The position numbers and the translations under genes were made by a program. A stretch of DNA of 62,532 nucleotides, the filler included, from Choristocarpus tenellus KU-1152 (Eukaryota > Protista > Phaeophyceae), in the NCBI GenBank assembly GCA_964200185.2. It is 11 parts of 11 records of this genome, joined end to end, with 100 filler letters (N's around TTAATTAATTAA, not from the genome) between each part and the next. Parts side by side here need not be neighbours in the genome. Positions count along the whole stretch, not along the records: positions 21,986 to 29,688 come from CAXNAD020005723.1; positions 29,789 to 33,272 come from CAXNAD020019723.1; positions 33,373 to 36,631 come from CAXNAD020021212.1; positions 36,732 to 42,492 come from CAXNAD020009820.1; 7 more parts are not named here. One strand, given 5' to 3'. Position 1 is the first letter of the stretch. Every line of letters begins with the position of its first letter. The notes beneath the pieces were generated by a model, which saw only the letters and a list, made by a program, of their open reading frames with translations, ran no database searches and was not told the DNA's origin. Shown one piece after another: positions 26,275 through 38,100 of this stretch.

Positions 26275-28767
26275 TCAAGTATGTATTATACACCATCAAG
26301 CACAGCCCTTGATGCATGTGTCCCACTTGGAAACTCGAAGCATTTTTGAAAAAAACTAGCCGACAGGATTTTGATACTCTCAAATTATGACCAGTTCAAC
26401 TATTGCCTGTTCATTGTGATTATTCGTTTGGGTCATGGTGCACGCCTGTACGTGAATGTCCTGCTGGTGAGCGGCTAAGAATGACCTCCCTGGCTGTGAA
26501 GGGGTCCCGTTAGCAGTGAAAAATATGTTGAGGTTTGACATTGTAGACGTGTCTGTGCGAGCCTCATGGTCTGCGATACGAAAAGGAACTTTTTGAAGCG
26601 TGTTGCACAGGTGGACGATGTTCAGAGTAACCGAACAAGATTGATCTAAAGTATTTGGTTGTTATTTGGTTGTGAGTAACTGGGTGTGGTTGATTGCAAT
26701 CAGCGCCGGTTCACAATTTCAGGAGTATTGCTAGCAACAAGTTGACATGGGGCATACTGTATTCCCGGAGACTATTGGAGTATTGCAAACCTACACTTCT
26801 ACGCCCCCACCTTTTAGTTGATTGCATCTGTATTACTTACTTGCTCCATAGCGACTATAGGTGCCACAGGGCAGTGTGGGGCTTCCCTGCGGTGTACACC
26901 TTGGTGTCCCTTGGACCTACCTTAGAGTAGCCTGTCTTCAGTATGTTTCTACTCATCTCTAACCTGGTAATATTGAAGACCTGGTATCTCATGAGTGTGA
27001 GCGGTTTCCTTCAGGTTTGGAGTAAAATATGTATGAAAGTATGTGATCCGCCAGAAATACTGAATTATATGGATCATGACTTAGTGATGTTGAGCGTGGA
27101 CTGTGGATGATGTTCAAAGGCTGAAGATAGTGTACTTTACTATTATTAGCGCGTGCACAGTAAAAACAGGCAGAACAAAATTAGCTTGAGAAAACTGTAA
27201 ACCTCTTGTCAATCGATCTTGTTCATGTGAAATGTCCTTGCTGGGAGTAGTGGTGAGATGCAGCTCTAAATGCTGCTGTAGTGTTAAGTCTCTTTCTCTC
27301 CATTCCTACGTAAGTTAGTAAGAGACAAGGTACCTTCCGTCAGAAACTGAACCGATGTGTGCACCAACAACATAACCGATTGTACGATCAACAATTCTCA
27401 TGGTGATGTTTTTATCATTTGGTACATCTTTTGATAATCAAATGCTGTATGTAGTGCTTTGTAACAACATCAACCGGTGGTGGTAATCTATTAATTCGTC
27501 TTCTATGTATAGGGCTTACTCATTGAATTTTGTGACAAGTACGCCAAGGGGGATCAATAATAAAGCACATTGAACAAGATAGTTAAATGTTGAAGCATGC
27601 TACTCCTCGGTTGTGTGGATTATGCCGCTACTTGCTTGACAGTGTGTTCAAAGTCTCTAGGTGTTGTAGTGCATGGCGCCCGTCCAATGACATCTGACTG
27701 TCACCATGTTTGTTGGTGGTGGACTGCACACTACATGTTGACCACACCCGAGTGACTGCAGAGAGTGGAATTTGGGTTATTTCTCTCCTGATTCCTCATT
27801 AGCAGCAACAATATTGGTACTGCTGCTCTGGAGTATTTGACAACTTGTTGTCAGACATAAGAATGATCTGACTCCCTTACCCAACCAAGAGACACATTCA
27901 CAGAGACACCAACAACACACACAACCAAGAGCAGATGACATTTTGCGCGCAGGGTATCTCTTCCTTGAGTTTCTGGAAGAGTAATCAGACAAAATGTTAT
28001 TAACATCAATATACTTGGAAATAATTTGCTTACTGGACAAAATGTCTCTGTCTCCAACCATGACTGCCTTTGTGCCAATCTCCTGCACTCTGGGTGTGAT
28101 GAAGGTTTTGCTTGAGGACCTCATTGTCGTCCTGCACGGAGAGGAGACCAACTACGGTATTGGGAACTATGAAAGGTGTGCTGTCTCCATCGTGAGGGTA
28201 GGCGTAGAAGGGGGAGAATATTGGTCTGGAATATGAGAGTGGGGTGTATTACTACATTGGTCAGAAGGTACTCTGCTTTTCAAGACAAGCATTACTGAGT
28301 ATGTTAGGTACGATGTAATACTACAGGGTGCTGAACTCTGAAGTATCAAGCGTCCATGCATGCTGTTTTGAACATGCATTGTAGATATTTCGCTCAGTCA
28401 GGTGTCCATTCGTTTCCCTACCCCTCTCTCTCCCACCCTGTTCCATACCATTTGCTCTTTAATAACCATCCTTGTTGCCTCGCATCTGTTACAACCCCCC
28501 TCTTATCCTTTTCCTTAAAGGCTCCTTCTTCGCCATGTCGCCACTGAGGAGGTCAACTCTGGCTCGTACTTTGTCAACAAGGGCGTCTGTGACGACATCT
28601 CAGCTCCCCTTGAGATTCAAGGAGAGTGCACATTGATTATTGACTTCACCACCTGTGAAACTTCCTCTGCAGCACGTCCATCACCCTTGGACCTGTCTGC
28701 TAGTGCCTTAGCTGTCAGCATAGTCCTTGCAGCAGCTACAGTTAGCATCACAGCTTTTCTAGCTTAA
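22507..28767 (+). CDS. CBA1: Cobalamin acquisition protein 1-like (periplasmic-binding fold), 480 aa, 8 exons (22507-22848, 23203-23379, 23648-23842, 24570-24755, 25259-25363, 26075-26194, 28105-28175, 28521-28767)
   Basis: Exons sum to 1443 nt with no internal stop. Signal peptide; CVTDYD..DYFPEK, SYKVL, YILYQCGTP, AEAIKLFSLFYNKE, PDVAW, YY..AITKAGG, SWFE, VLLED; hydrophobic C-terminus. These match motifs conserved in algal CBA1. Confidence 0.8.
25543..25800 (-). mobile_element. MITE family 1, full copy in CBA1 intron 5, TSD TGCA
   Basis: tgca|gaatgaaagtatcttagg ... ccctctaagataatttgactc|tgca. Confidence 0.9.
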
Positions 28768-29899
28768 TGCTTATCAGCACCTAGTCAAAAGGGTAGTGAT
28801 AGTATGTGTTTCTTATGGAGCATACATAATTCAGCGCTGTTAGGTAAGACTTTTACTTTGGTCCTGGGATAGGTGACTGGTGGGTAATGCTTGAATCTAT
28901 AGTTAAGGCTGGGATGGTGAGGGACGTTGAATGGGAGCTCTTATTCTTCCAAAGTGTTAAACGAGAGAGACATTGCTCTGAGAAACGTACAAGTAATCCA
29001 GAAGAAGTTTAAAGTGGATCCCACTGAGCACTGTTTTGTACGAAGTAGTACAATGTAGGAATATTTATCGTATTTACAGTGCAGGTACCTAAACAGTGGG
29101 AAGAATTACAAGTAAGAATAATAAGTGTTGATTGTACTGTGTCATGCGCGCAGATCTTTCGTTTAGTACCAATTTCTTCCCTGAGGTAAAACTGGTATAC
29201 GATTGGTAGTTCAATAGAGCTCGATGAGCCCTTCCCTAGGAGCGGATTAGAATGAAACAATTGACAATAGGCTACTTATTCACCACTAGTGAACTGTAGA
29301 GTCCGGACTCCTTTGATCATTTTCGCACAAGAGTCATTAACTCAGAAGGAACCTTCTGTGTATTAGTATTAGTGTAGGAAAATGTTGCAGGGATTGATTC
29401 ATGAGCACTTAGCTGGTGCTTTGAGTGAAATATAGCACCTAAGTATTTTTGGTACGCTTTGCTTGTCTTGTCATGGTTGGCTAGATTTTGTTCCTTTGAC
29501 TAGGAAAGTTTAGAAGTACATGTCGATGAGAAGTAGAGTGACTGTACCAGTCGTTATGAAGACCTTGGAGAATTTTCGTGAGTGTACTCTTTTAAGCAGA
29601 GATGGCTGTAGCTATGTCTGCCTCATTTTTTGAAGACCTGGAGGTCTAGTAGTAAGAGCCTCCCCATTACCCTTCCACTCCTGTGGTGNNNNNNNNNNNN
29701 NNNNNNNNNNNNNNNNNNNNNNNNNNNNNNNNTTAATTAATTAANNNNNNNNNNNNNNNNNNNNNNNNNNNNNNNNNNNNNNNNNNNNACATGGACTCAA
29801 TTCAACACAACAATCTCATATACACAAAATAAGGTACACCTCACTATTGTCCTATTTTGCACATACAGGAGGCAAGACGTTCACGACAAGAGCTCGATC

Positions 29900-30500
29900 A
29901 CCTAACTTTCAATTACAGGAAGGACCCTTCGCCAGGGCTCACTGAGTTGTCCAGGTTACCACCAGATTAGAATCGATGGGCAAGGTTATTCAAGAGGAGA
30001 CGAAGGTGGCCACGATCCTCAACTAGCTGGGGGAGAACTACTCCCAACTTGAGAGCTTTATTGAATTCAGTGAAACCAAGACCGTGAAGCAAGTGGAAGA
30101 TATGGTAGTAGCAAGGTTCAAAGACTTACAGGCAGCTGCCATTGCGAAATCAGCTGGAAACGGGCAGAACGACCATGCCCTGGCTGTGAGTACAGGAAAA
30201 GCGATTGCAGGTAGGAAGGGTCGGGGAAAGGGGTGCATCGTTTGTTTTATGTGTGGCAAAGATGGCCATATAAAGTACGACTGCCTTGACCGGGCTAGGC
30301 ACGCAAGTGCACCTACAAGACTGGGAGAAGATGACAGTCAAAGAGGAAGATCCGAGGGATGCACAGGGATGGGTCACAAGGAGAGCAAGTGTCCTCTGAC
30401 TGTTCGACCCAGGGAGAGGACAAGAAGACCTTCAGGAAGGGGGGCTAGGCAGGGAGGGGGCGCATGTGGTATCTACCACAACTCCATCTCTCCCAAATGA
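29900..30500 (+). mobile_element. Ty1/copia gag relic with zinc knuckle
   Basis: CFMCGKDGHIKYDC (CX2CX4HX4C) and a second degenerate knuckle GHKESKC. Confidence 0.75.
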
Positions 30501-30837
30501 ATCCCGAGAGGTGGAAGACATCAGCTCGAGATTGGATAAATTGGAAGGCTTCATTAGAAACTCTTATTTTGGTGATACAAAATGTTTCTCACTGTGACTG
30601 TCTTTCCTCGTATTTTTTGTTCTTGTAACTTACTTCATGCGAGTTTTTCCCCTATATGTTTTGTATATTTTAGTGCATACCCACAGTAAAGTGACAGCTG
30701 TGATGTTGTGTGCAGACTGACTTTATGATAGAAAAGCTGTTGAAGCCAGGGGGTGTCTTAACTGTATGGTATGTCAGTTGTGAGGGAGTCCATTAATTAG
30801 TCCTACTCTTTTCCAAAGACTCACTTCAGGCATTGCA

Positions 30838-31430
30838 CTAGGGATATTTCGTGGATTGTGGAAGACGCAATATGGTATTGCTAAGGACCTGCAGGAGAAA
30901 GTACCCAAGAATGTGTTTCGTGGAGATTGTGATAGGATAGGAAGTAACAGCCCCACTATATTGCTGTATTCCAGCGACTTGTGGTAGTGATGTGCTAGGG
31001 AGATTTCGTGGATTGTGCGAGACGCAACATGGCATTTTGCTAAGGAGGAGAAAGTACCCGAGAATGTTTCCACACGAGACTACAATAGGACGGTAGATAT
31101 GACTAGCATCTGTATTCCAGGGACTTGTAGCAGTGATGAACAAGGGAGATTTCGTGGATTGTAGGAGACACAACATGTATGCCAAGGGCCTACAGGAGAA
31201 AGTACCTGAGAATGTTTTCACATGAGGCTGCATTAGAACAGATGGGTAGCTGATTTCAATGACCCAATACCACTATTGATGGTAACTACTGTTTTCAAAT
31301 GATTTACATGTATTGATGTACTAGGGAGATTTTGTTGATTGTAGGAGAAGCAACATGGTACTATCAAGGACCTACAGGAGAAAGTACCCAAGAATGTTTT
31401 CACAAAGACTGCAATAGAACGGTAGTGGAT
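30838..31430 (+). repeat. Four degenerate tandem units (starts ~30838, 30995, 31141, 31321)
   Basis: Core ctagggagatttcgtggattgt..gagacgcaacatgg..aggagaaagtacc..agaatgttt repeated with periods 157, 146 and 180 bp. Confidence 0.85.
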
Positions 31431-31899
31431 TGATAACTGATTTCTATAACCTACACAGACCCACATCAACATGGATGTTAGGGTGTATTTGTAGCATTGT
31501 TTTGAGATAGCTAGTAGAAGTTTGTTTTTTCCTAGTTACGGAGAAGTAGATTCTGACGGTGTATAGTGTCTGCACAGCAACAGAGAGTGTTCATGGATAG
31601 TGCTGCTGATACACTAAAGACACCACCAGTGGAGTAGATTAGGAAAGGTAGAGTCAGATATGTGTTTCCGTATATTTCAGTTGAGCTCTACCCAATGTAA
31701 TATGATATGTTGATAGTATTCTTTTGTGAAATCCATGTGGACGTTGCAAATCCCACATGGTAGCTTACACCTGTCTCACCCCACAAGTTCTGTCAGTGGA
31801 ATTGAGACCACAAGCCCCTTTTAACACAAACATTATATATTCATACCAAACTTCTTATTGTCCTCTACCAAGGCACATGATTGATCATCTTAACCGTGG

Positions 31900-32575
31900 G
31901 TCCAGTGTGGAATACTTCAAGGCAGTTGGGGGGTTGATGTGGGTCAGTAACATGACCAGGTCGGATGTGGCTAATGCAGTGAGAACTGTAGCCCGTCACT
32001 CACATGCTCCAAGTCGTGTTCACTGGAGAGCTGTTAGCCAGATCCTCAAGTATCTTAAAGGAACGCGGAAGTTGGGCTTAACCTACGAGAAAGGAGCAGG
32101 ACTGAAACTAGTGGGCTATGCTGATGCAGACTTCACCAATGGGACTCTTGACAGACGTTCTATATCAGGGGGGGCAGTGATGTGTGTGGGGGTAGCAGTA
32201 GCATGGCTTTCTAAGACCCATCGTATCATTGCACTGTCCACTGCAGAGGCTGAGTACGTAGCCATGAGGGACTGTGTAAAGGAGTTGTTGTTTTTGAGGG
32301 GTGTGTTGGAATTTGTTCGACCTGGAAGTTTCTGGATCTTGTTATGTGGTGTATGAGGACAACACAGGGGCCATCCATTTGACAAACAAGCCTTTGAGCT
32401 CTGGCAGGACTAAGTACATAGATGTGCAACACCATTTCCTGAGGGAGTTGGTCGTAAATGAGTAAATACAGATCATTCATGTTAACTCAGATGAGCAGCA
32501 TGCAGATGTACTGACCAAACCTCTAGCGGAGGAATCTTTTTGGAGACATGCAGGGGCTTTGCTGAATTTAGACTT
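31900..32575 (+). mobile_element. Ty1/copia RT C-terminus + RNase H relic
   Basis: AVGGLMWVSNMTRSDVANAV, HWRAVSQILKYLKGT, GYADADF, RRSISG, ALSTAEAEYVA, TKYIDVQHHFLRE, ADVLTKPL; frameshifted. Confidence 0.9.
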
Positions 32576-32959
32576 ACGTTTAGTGGTTTGTTTTTCATTG
32601 GATTTGAATTCTTCGTGTTCGTTCGGATTTTCTTTTTCAGTGACTTCAGGGGCTAGAAATATCTAGTGACTGCTCAGAGTTGTTTGAGCTAGGAAGGGTG
32701 TTCAAATACTCCTCCAACTGTAGTAATGGATATCACTAGTAGTATACATGCAGAGTAATACAAGAATTATCAATTGGCTAACCCATATTTGCTCTTGTAT
32801 ACGAATGGATCGATAGGAATTGACTCCATTAAGCATGGTGTTTTGGGGTTGTATGGTCGCCCTCCTCTGCTTGGGAATAATCACTCTACAACATCTCGTA
32901 ATACTCCTGTATTTATCTCTTCTATCCATAAATGAGCCAGGGGATACTTTAACACCTTC

Positions 32960-33214
32960 CAGCCGTGGCTCGCCCTAGGACACTCTCCAACGGTGTGTCG
33001 TTCTATGAGAAAATCGGGATCTGGCCAACTGTGGACACTAAGACCTCTCAGCGCTCCAGCAAACACAGACTCAAGGGCACCAAGGTGCTTGTGCTAGCCA
33101 TCGTGGACGGGGAGAGGTATAAGGAGCTCATGATCAAGGATGTCACCCCGGCAATCGAGACCTGCATGCCTAGACTGGAAGGATACACCATCTTTGTGCA
33201 GTAGAGAGGCCACA
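32960..33214 (+). mobile_element. Mariner DD39D transposase fragment, cut by a family 2 MITE at 33215
   Basis: ARPR..FYEKIGIWP..SQRSSKHRLKGT..YKELMIKDVTPAI..TIFVQ. Confidence 0.75.
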
Positions 33215-33272
33215 GGCTCAAAGTATCTGGGAGGGGGTGGCGGCTGTCCATTTGGGATCAATTTTTTCATGT
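33215..33272 (-). mobile_element. MITE family 2, partial (other partial ends at 21866-21885, 33373-33395, ~49787-49930, ~59121-59197)
   Basis: ggctcaaagtatctgggagggggtggcggctgtccatttggga. Confidence 0.75.
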
Positions 33273-34521
33273 NNNNNNNNNNNNNNNNNNNNNNNNNNNN
33301 NNNNNNNNNNNNNNNNTTAATTAATTAANNNNNNNNNNNNNNNNNNNNNNNNNNNNNNNNNNNNNNNNNNNNCCCCCCCCAGATACTTTGACCCCCAATC
33401 CTAAAAAGACTATCTATACCTGGCATTTGACAGTTCCCATTCACCTCTCCTCTTTGTGGCACAGGAAAAACAAGGCCTAGGGTTAAGGTTCTCATTTAAT
33501 AATAATAATAATGATGATGATGAGGTTTTCAGTACATTCTAAGAACACAGACCTTCAAGTGGGGTGACTCATCTGATGCCTTACGAATTTCATTTTCCAA
33601 TTTTGTCTAAATTAATGTGGGTTAAAAACGAATCAGTAATTGGCCATGTCAAAACAACACAGAGAACTTCAAGCACCTATCAACCCCATGACAAACAGAA
33701 GACTCCCCTTACACATGCCACATTAATGAACCAAATCGCCTTCCATTGACTGGTAGTCTCTTGAATCCATAGGAGCCCACCGCCACCTCAATGATGACAT
33801 CACTCAAGCATTACAACCTTCACTTCCTATTTTAATGAGTCAGTCAAGAGGGTAGACACCATGTCAAAAAGCTGTAACTGCAAAACAGTTACAGCTTTAC
33901 TCGATCAAATAATGTAATCACCACCCCACCTCATTATCAAAAACATCCAACACCTACAAAAACAACAAATCACTTCACAACACATACACTACATGGAGAA
34001 ACCTTCCTTATTCTCTATCTCATGTAGAACTCAACATTCATCGTACCTAATTCAATACCACAACAGAGACGACCCTTCAATTTCAAACTTCACCCCCTCT
34101 AGCCTTTCATTATTGAATGGTTTTGTGTGTTTTACGTCTGATTTTGTGATTCCTTTAGTGATGACCTATTCAATTGCATGCAGGACAGGGGCCATCACCA
34201 CAACATCTTTTATCCTGTGATCATCTTGGAAGAGCCAAACAGTCAAAGAACACGAGCGGTAAATAATCTAAAAAACAACAACACACACACACACACAACT
34301 TTTTGTAATAACAATAATAATAATAATAAACTTGTCGGCATCAGGTTTAGGGTTAGGGAGGACAATTGCAAAGCAATAATGTTTTAATAACAACAATAAT
34401 AATATAATATATTAATATTATTATAATACATTAATGTTGTATGCAGGGTTTTGGTGTATTTAGTGGTACCGTATGAATAAGAAAAAAAAGTCGATGCTAT
34501 ATACACACACATACATATATA

Positions 34522-34555
<34 letters not shown>

Positions 34556-35217
34556 GAATTGTACCGCTTGCTTGTACCATTTGCGGTAAATATAACATAC
34601 CTTAGCATCATACCACCTGGCTGACTGATAAATTTCCCAGTAGAAAGCGGAAATTTCTGGATTCTTTGAACATTTAAATACTAGTAGTACATTTTTAATG
34701 CTATATTTTAGTAACAGCCCTTAAAAATACAAAAACAGTTTCTTGTTCACAGTACACACATGTAAGTATATACGTATGTATGTACACAAACATGCACCTA
34801 CTCCAACTATATGCGCTCATATCATACACTCATGTATTTTGGAGTAATTCGTAGTACCAAAATCCATTAATTTATTAAATTAACATTTTGACAATCAACA
34901 AGTGTAAGTCTGAGGCAAAACAGGGACTTGACTTCAATAGATGCAAAAAGCTTCCACAACTGACCAAACAAAAAAACGATAGACAAGCACTTGACAGCAG
35001 TGATAAACAAAAAAAGTTAAATAAAACAGCAGCGGTAAACAAAAAAAATTTAATAATAATATAATAGCAAAATAATCAACCTCCAGTACTCTACAAAAGT
35101 CAATCACCACATCCTCTGCCCAAGCAAAAAAAAAAAGAAGTCGGCAAACAGACACTCAAGCTGCTATGCACCGACTCTTTACTGTTTCCTCAGTTGATGA
35201 GCAGCCCACTCACTCAC

Positions 35218-36449
35218 CTCTTGAACTCCCCCCCCTCCCCCCCCCAACACTCTTGCGTCCTGTTCCATCCCGGCTCAAAGCAACACCCTTCTCCCTGGCC
35301 TTAGTGAGGGTATTTTTGACATCTGTATTCAGGGACGGGGACGAGCTGTTCTCTGCAAAAAGTCCCCCCCAGCCCCCCTTGCTTTTCTCTTGCATGATAG
35401 CAGGCGTTTCAGGAGCCAAACTAGGGGGGCGGTGGGGTAGGGAGGGGGGAGGGCTAGGGTTTGTGTGCTTAGGAAATGAACAGCGAGAAACTGATTAAGT
35501 CTAACCCTAACCCTAACCCTCACGATACACTGAAAGCAATCTATAACCTTTACCTTTCTCAACCAATAACACTCACTTTGTAGTTAATTTCATCCTTTGG
35601 AAATTGCATCCGCATACTACTTTCACCAAAATTTTCCAGGCAGGCCTTCCAAGGCTCAGCAGGTTTGGGGCACCTATTTTGTGTACTACCTTCGTTCATG
35701 TTTTTTTTTGTTGCTCAATTGAGTGTACCAACATGAAAATCTCTGACTTGATTTTAATTTTTAGACACCACTTCGCAACCCTCTATATCTACATAATTAT
35801 GTGCGTATAACAGCTGTATACATGTCCCATATACATGTGCACTGTCCCTTCTTCAAGACAAGGAAAACCAACACTACTGTGGTAGTACAATTCAAAGTAA
35901 AAATCACATGTAAAACATCAATTCTTAGAAACTATAACAAAGAAAATGAAAGCACTTGACGATCCAATTAGCATGACATTAACAGCAAATATAGTAGTGT
36001 ATAACTGAACTAGATTATAGTCACATTCTACTCCTGTGTCAAGAACTGAACTAAATCATTGTCACATTCTACTCCTGTGTCAATGACAGAAAATAAATAA
36101 ATGCAAGATAAACAGTGGTGCCATGTTGTTACAAATACCATTACGGTATCCTCATCAAGCGCAGCCCTAACCCTAACCCTAACCCTAAAATGGAATAGGA
36201 ATGGCAACACTAGAGCTAACACCTTACACCACAACAACAACAGAAATAATAACAATAATAACAATGGCAATTAATCAAGGTATACCTGATGTCGACAAAT
36301 AGCGGTTTTGACACAATGAGATGGTATTCATCGTTTCTGGCTTGAAGGTTCTCCCTTTGTGATGCCATGTGTGCACACACCAGACAGACTGAAGTCAACC
36401 CACCAATCACCATGCGAACTGCAACTGCCCCCTTGTTCCCCAACATACC
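35218..36449 (-). CDS. Inositol polyphosphate 5-phosphatase (IPPc), two internal exons (36449-36286, 35420-35218)
   Basis: GMLGNKGAVAVRM..TSVCLVCAHMAS..ARNDEY is the INPP5 GNKG / C.HL / RN motif. The phase-2 junction joins in frame. Confidence 0.85.
36020..36083. repeat. Intronic tandem duplication, period 41 bp
   Basis: gtcacattctactcctgtgtcaa occurs twice. Confidence 0.8.
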
Positions 36450-36542
36450 CTGACAGTTGTCACAATGAACGCCCGCCAAGGTGTTGGTGGTTCGTTGAGT
36501 AGAAAATTATGCAAAATTATTGAAATAAAATGGTTAGAAGGT

Positions 36543-36573
<31 letters not shown>

Positions 36574-37098
36574 TGGTGTCAACTTATCGGGAAATAGGGG
36601 CAGGGGGTAAATCGAAAAACAAAAAAAAAAANNNNNNNNNNNNNNNNNNNNNNNNNNNNNNNNNNNNNNNNNNNNTTAATTAATTAANNNNNNNNNNNNN
36701 NNNNNNNNNNNNNNNNNNNNNNNNNNNNNNNAGTTGCAAAGGGTCCCAGATGGAAAGGTCGCAAAGGTTCTCAAATATACTCCAATGTTTGTAAACCAAA
36801 GAAGCCCTAACGGTAAATGATGATAAGAGACCCTAAAAACGGCTCCAAACGGCTCAGTTCTTCTGACCCAGAGGACCCTACTTATTCAGTTCTCTCTTAC
36901 TGATACCATTTTAAACACTTTCCTTGTGCTATTTGATTCACCTGAGAGCACTATTGTTCTGCTGAGCTGACGTTCGATAATCTGTGAATTGGACTTGAGT
37001 TGTACATCCTGGAAGGTGAGCATTGAGGGGTGCCTGTAACAGTCGAGCCATCTTCGAGACATACCCACAAGGTGTTCTCCTGTTCACGTTTTGCCGTT

Positions 37099-37357
37099 GA
37101 GTCAAAGTATCTTAGACGGTAGAGCCATGTCCGTTTGGGGGCCAAAATCCAATGTTGTGATTTTGATGTAATTTTGGGAATCGTGCTTGTTTAGGAATTG
37201 TCAATATCCTTGTTCCGAACACACCTTTTCATAACGTACACATATTACCTACTGCACAACATTTCGGAGTTGGAAAATGTCATAAAAAACCCGTCAGAAG
37301 TCAAGCCCCAAATGGACAAACAGGGCAAAACTCGTATCCTCTAAGATATTTTCAGTC
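37099..37357 (+). mobile_element. MITE family 1, full copy, TSD CGTT
   Basis: cgtt|gagtcaaagtatcttagacggta ... tatcctctaagatattttcagtc|cgtt. Confidence 0.9.
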
Positions 37358-37383
37358 CGTTCTCTGTCCACAAACTCAGCAAA

Positions 37384-37560
37384 GGCTCAAGGTGTCTGGG
37401 AGGGGGTGACGGCTGTCCATTTGGGACCAATTTTTTCATGTCGCGATTTTTGTGTGATTCGGTTGCATACGTCGGATGGATCATGTAAGTGCAATTTTTC
37501 TGATTTTGACTCAAATGGACACCCTGGTGTAGCACCCTCCCCCCCCAGATACTTTAGGTC
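37384..37560 (-). mobile_element. MITE family 2, full copy, TSD CAAA
   Basis: caaa|ggctcaaggtgtctggg ... cccagatactttaggtc|caaa. Confidence 0.85.
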
Positions 37561-37599
37561 CAAACGCCAATCAATATTTTGGGAAGTTGTTCATCCCCC

Positions 37600-38100
37600 T
37601 CCCAGCATTGGCCCAGCTTATAGGAGCCTCTGCTTGTAAACTGTTGCCTCGATAATCTCACACCCAGTCTATATATCAGAGCATCATTTTAGGATAGGTC
37701 ATGATCAGCGGGTCCCCGATTGCGGTAACTTATACAGTAGAGGAGGACCTTTGAAGGATGTGAGCAGAACTCCAGATAATGAGAGTGCCAGATTACCTGC
37801 GTCATTCAACCACATACCATAACAGAACCCCAAGCATTTCAACTTTCAGCATTTAAATCTTTAGCTCAACCGAGAAACCTGAGCTCGTCATAATGAACTT
37901 GGCTGTATTTGCGAAAAGATATCGAAAGATTTTTAATATCCTCTTTCTGATTTCAGGAGTAATTGTGGCATCATCATTTATGGTCCCCTCAACGTACATA
38001 AATTTGTCAATCTCGTTGTAGGTATGGTCCAATACCTGAATTGTAAGGTATCACCATCCTGATCAGAGGAGGGCGAAGACCTATAATATCCGTCTTCAAT
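37600..38100 (-). mobile_element. RTE-like LINE RT C-terminal relic (may extend to ~38900)
   Basis: YNEIDKFMYVEGTINDDATITPEIRKRI..LKI.MLKVEMLGVLL matches the LINE F.YLGS.I...EI..RI motif. Confidence 0.65.

Noticed and set aside
21986-28767. Cobalamin riboswitch near the CBA1-like gene
   Set aside because: No B12-box consensus recognised by eye; an Infernal search would be needed.
30838-31430. Possible CRISPR array
   Set aside because: Repeats are ~95 bp and degenerate, the spacers are partly homologous, there are no cas genes, and the context is eukaryotic.
36216-36479. CxxC...CxxC zinc finger in the ORF translation
   Set aside because: The first CDNC is intronic; the exon encodes the inositol 5-phosphatase GNKG motif.
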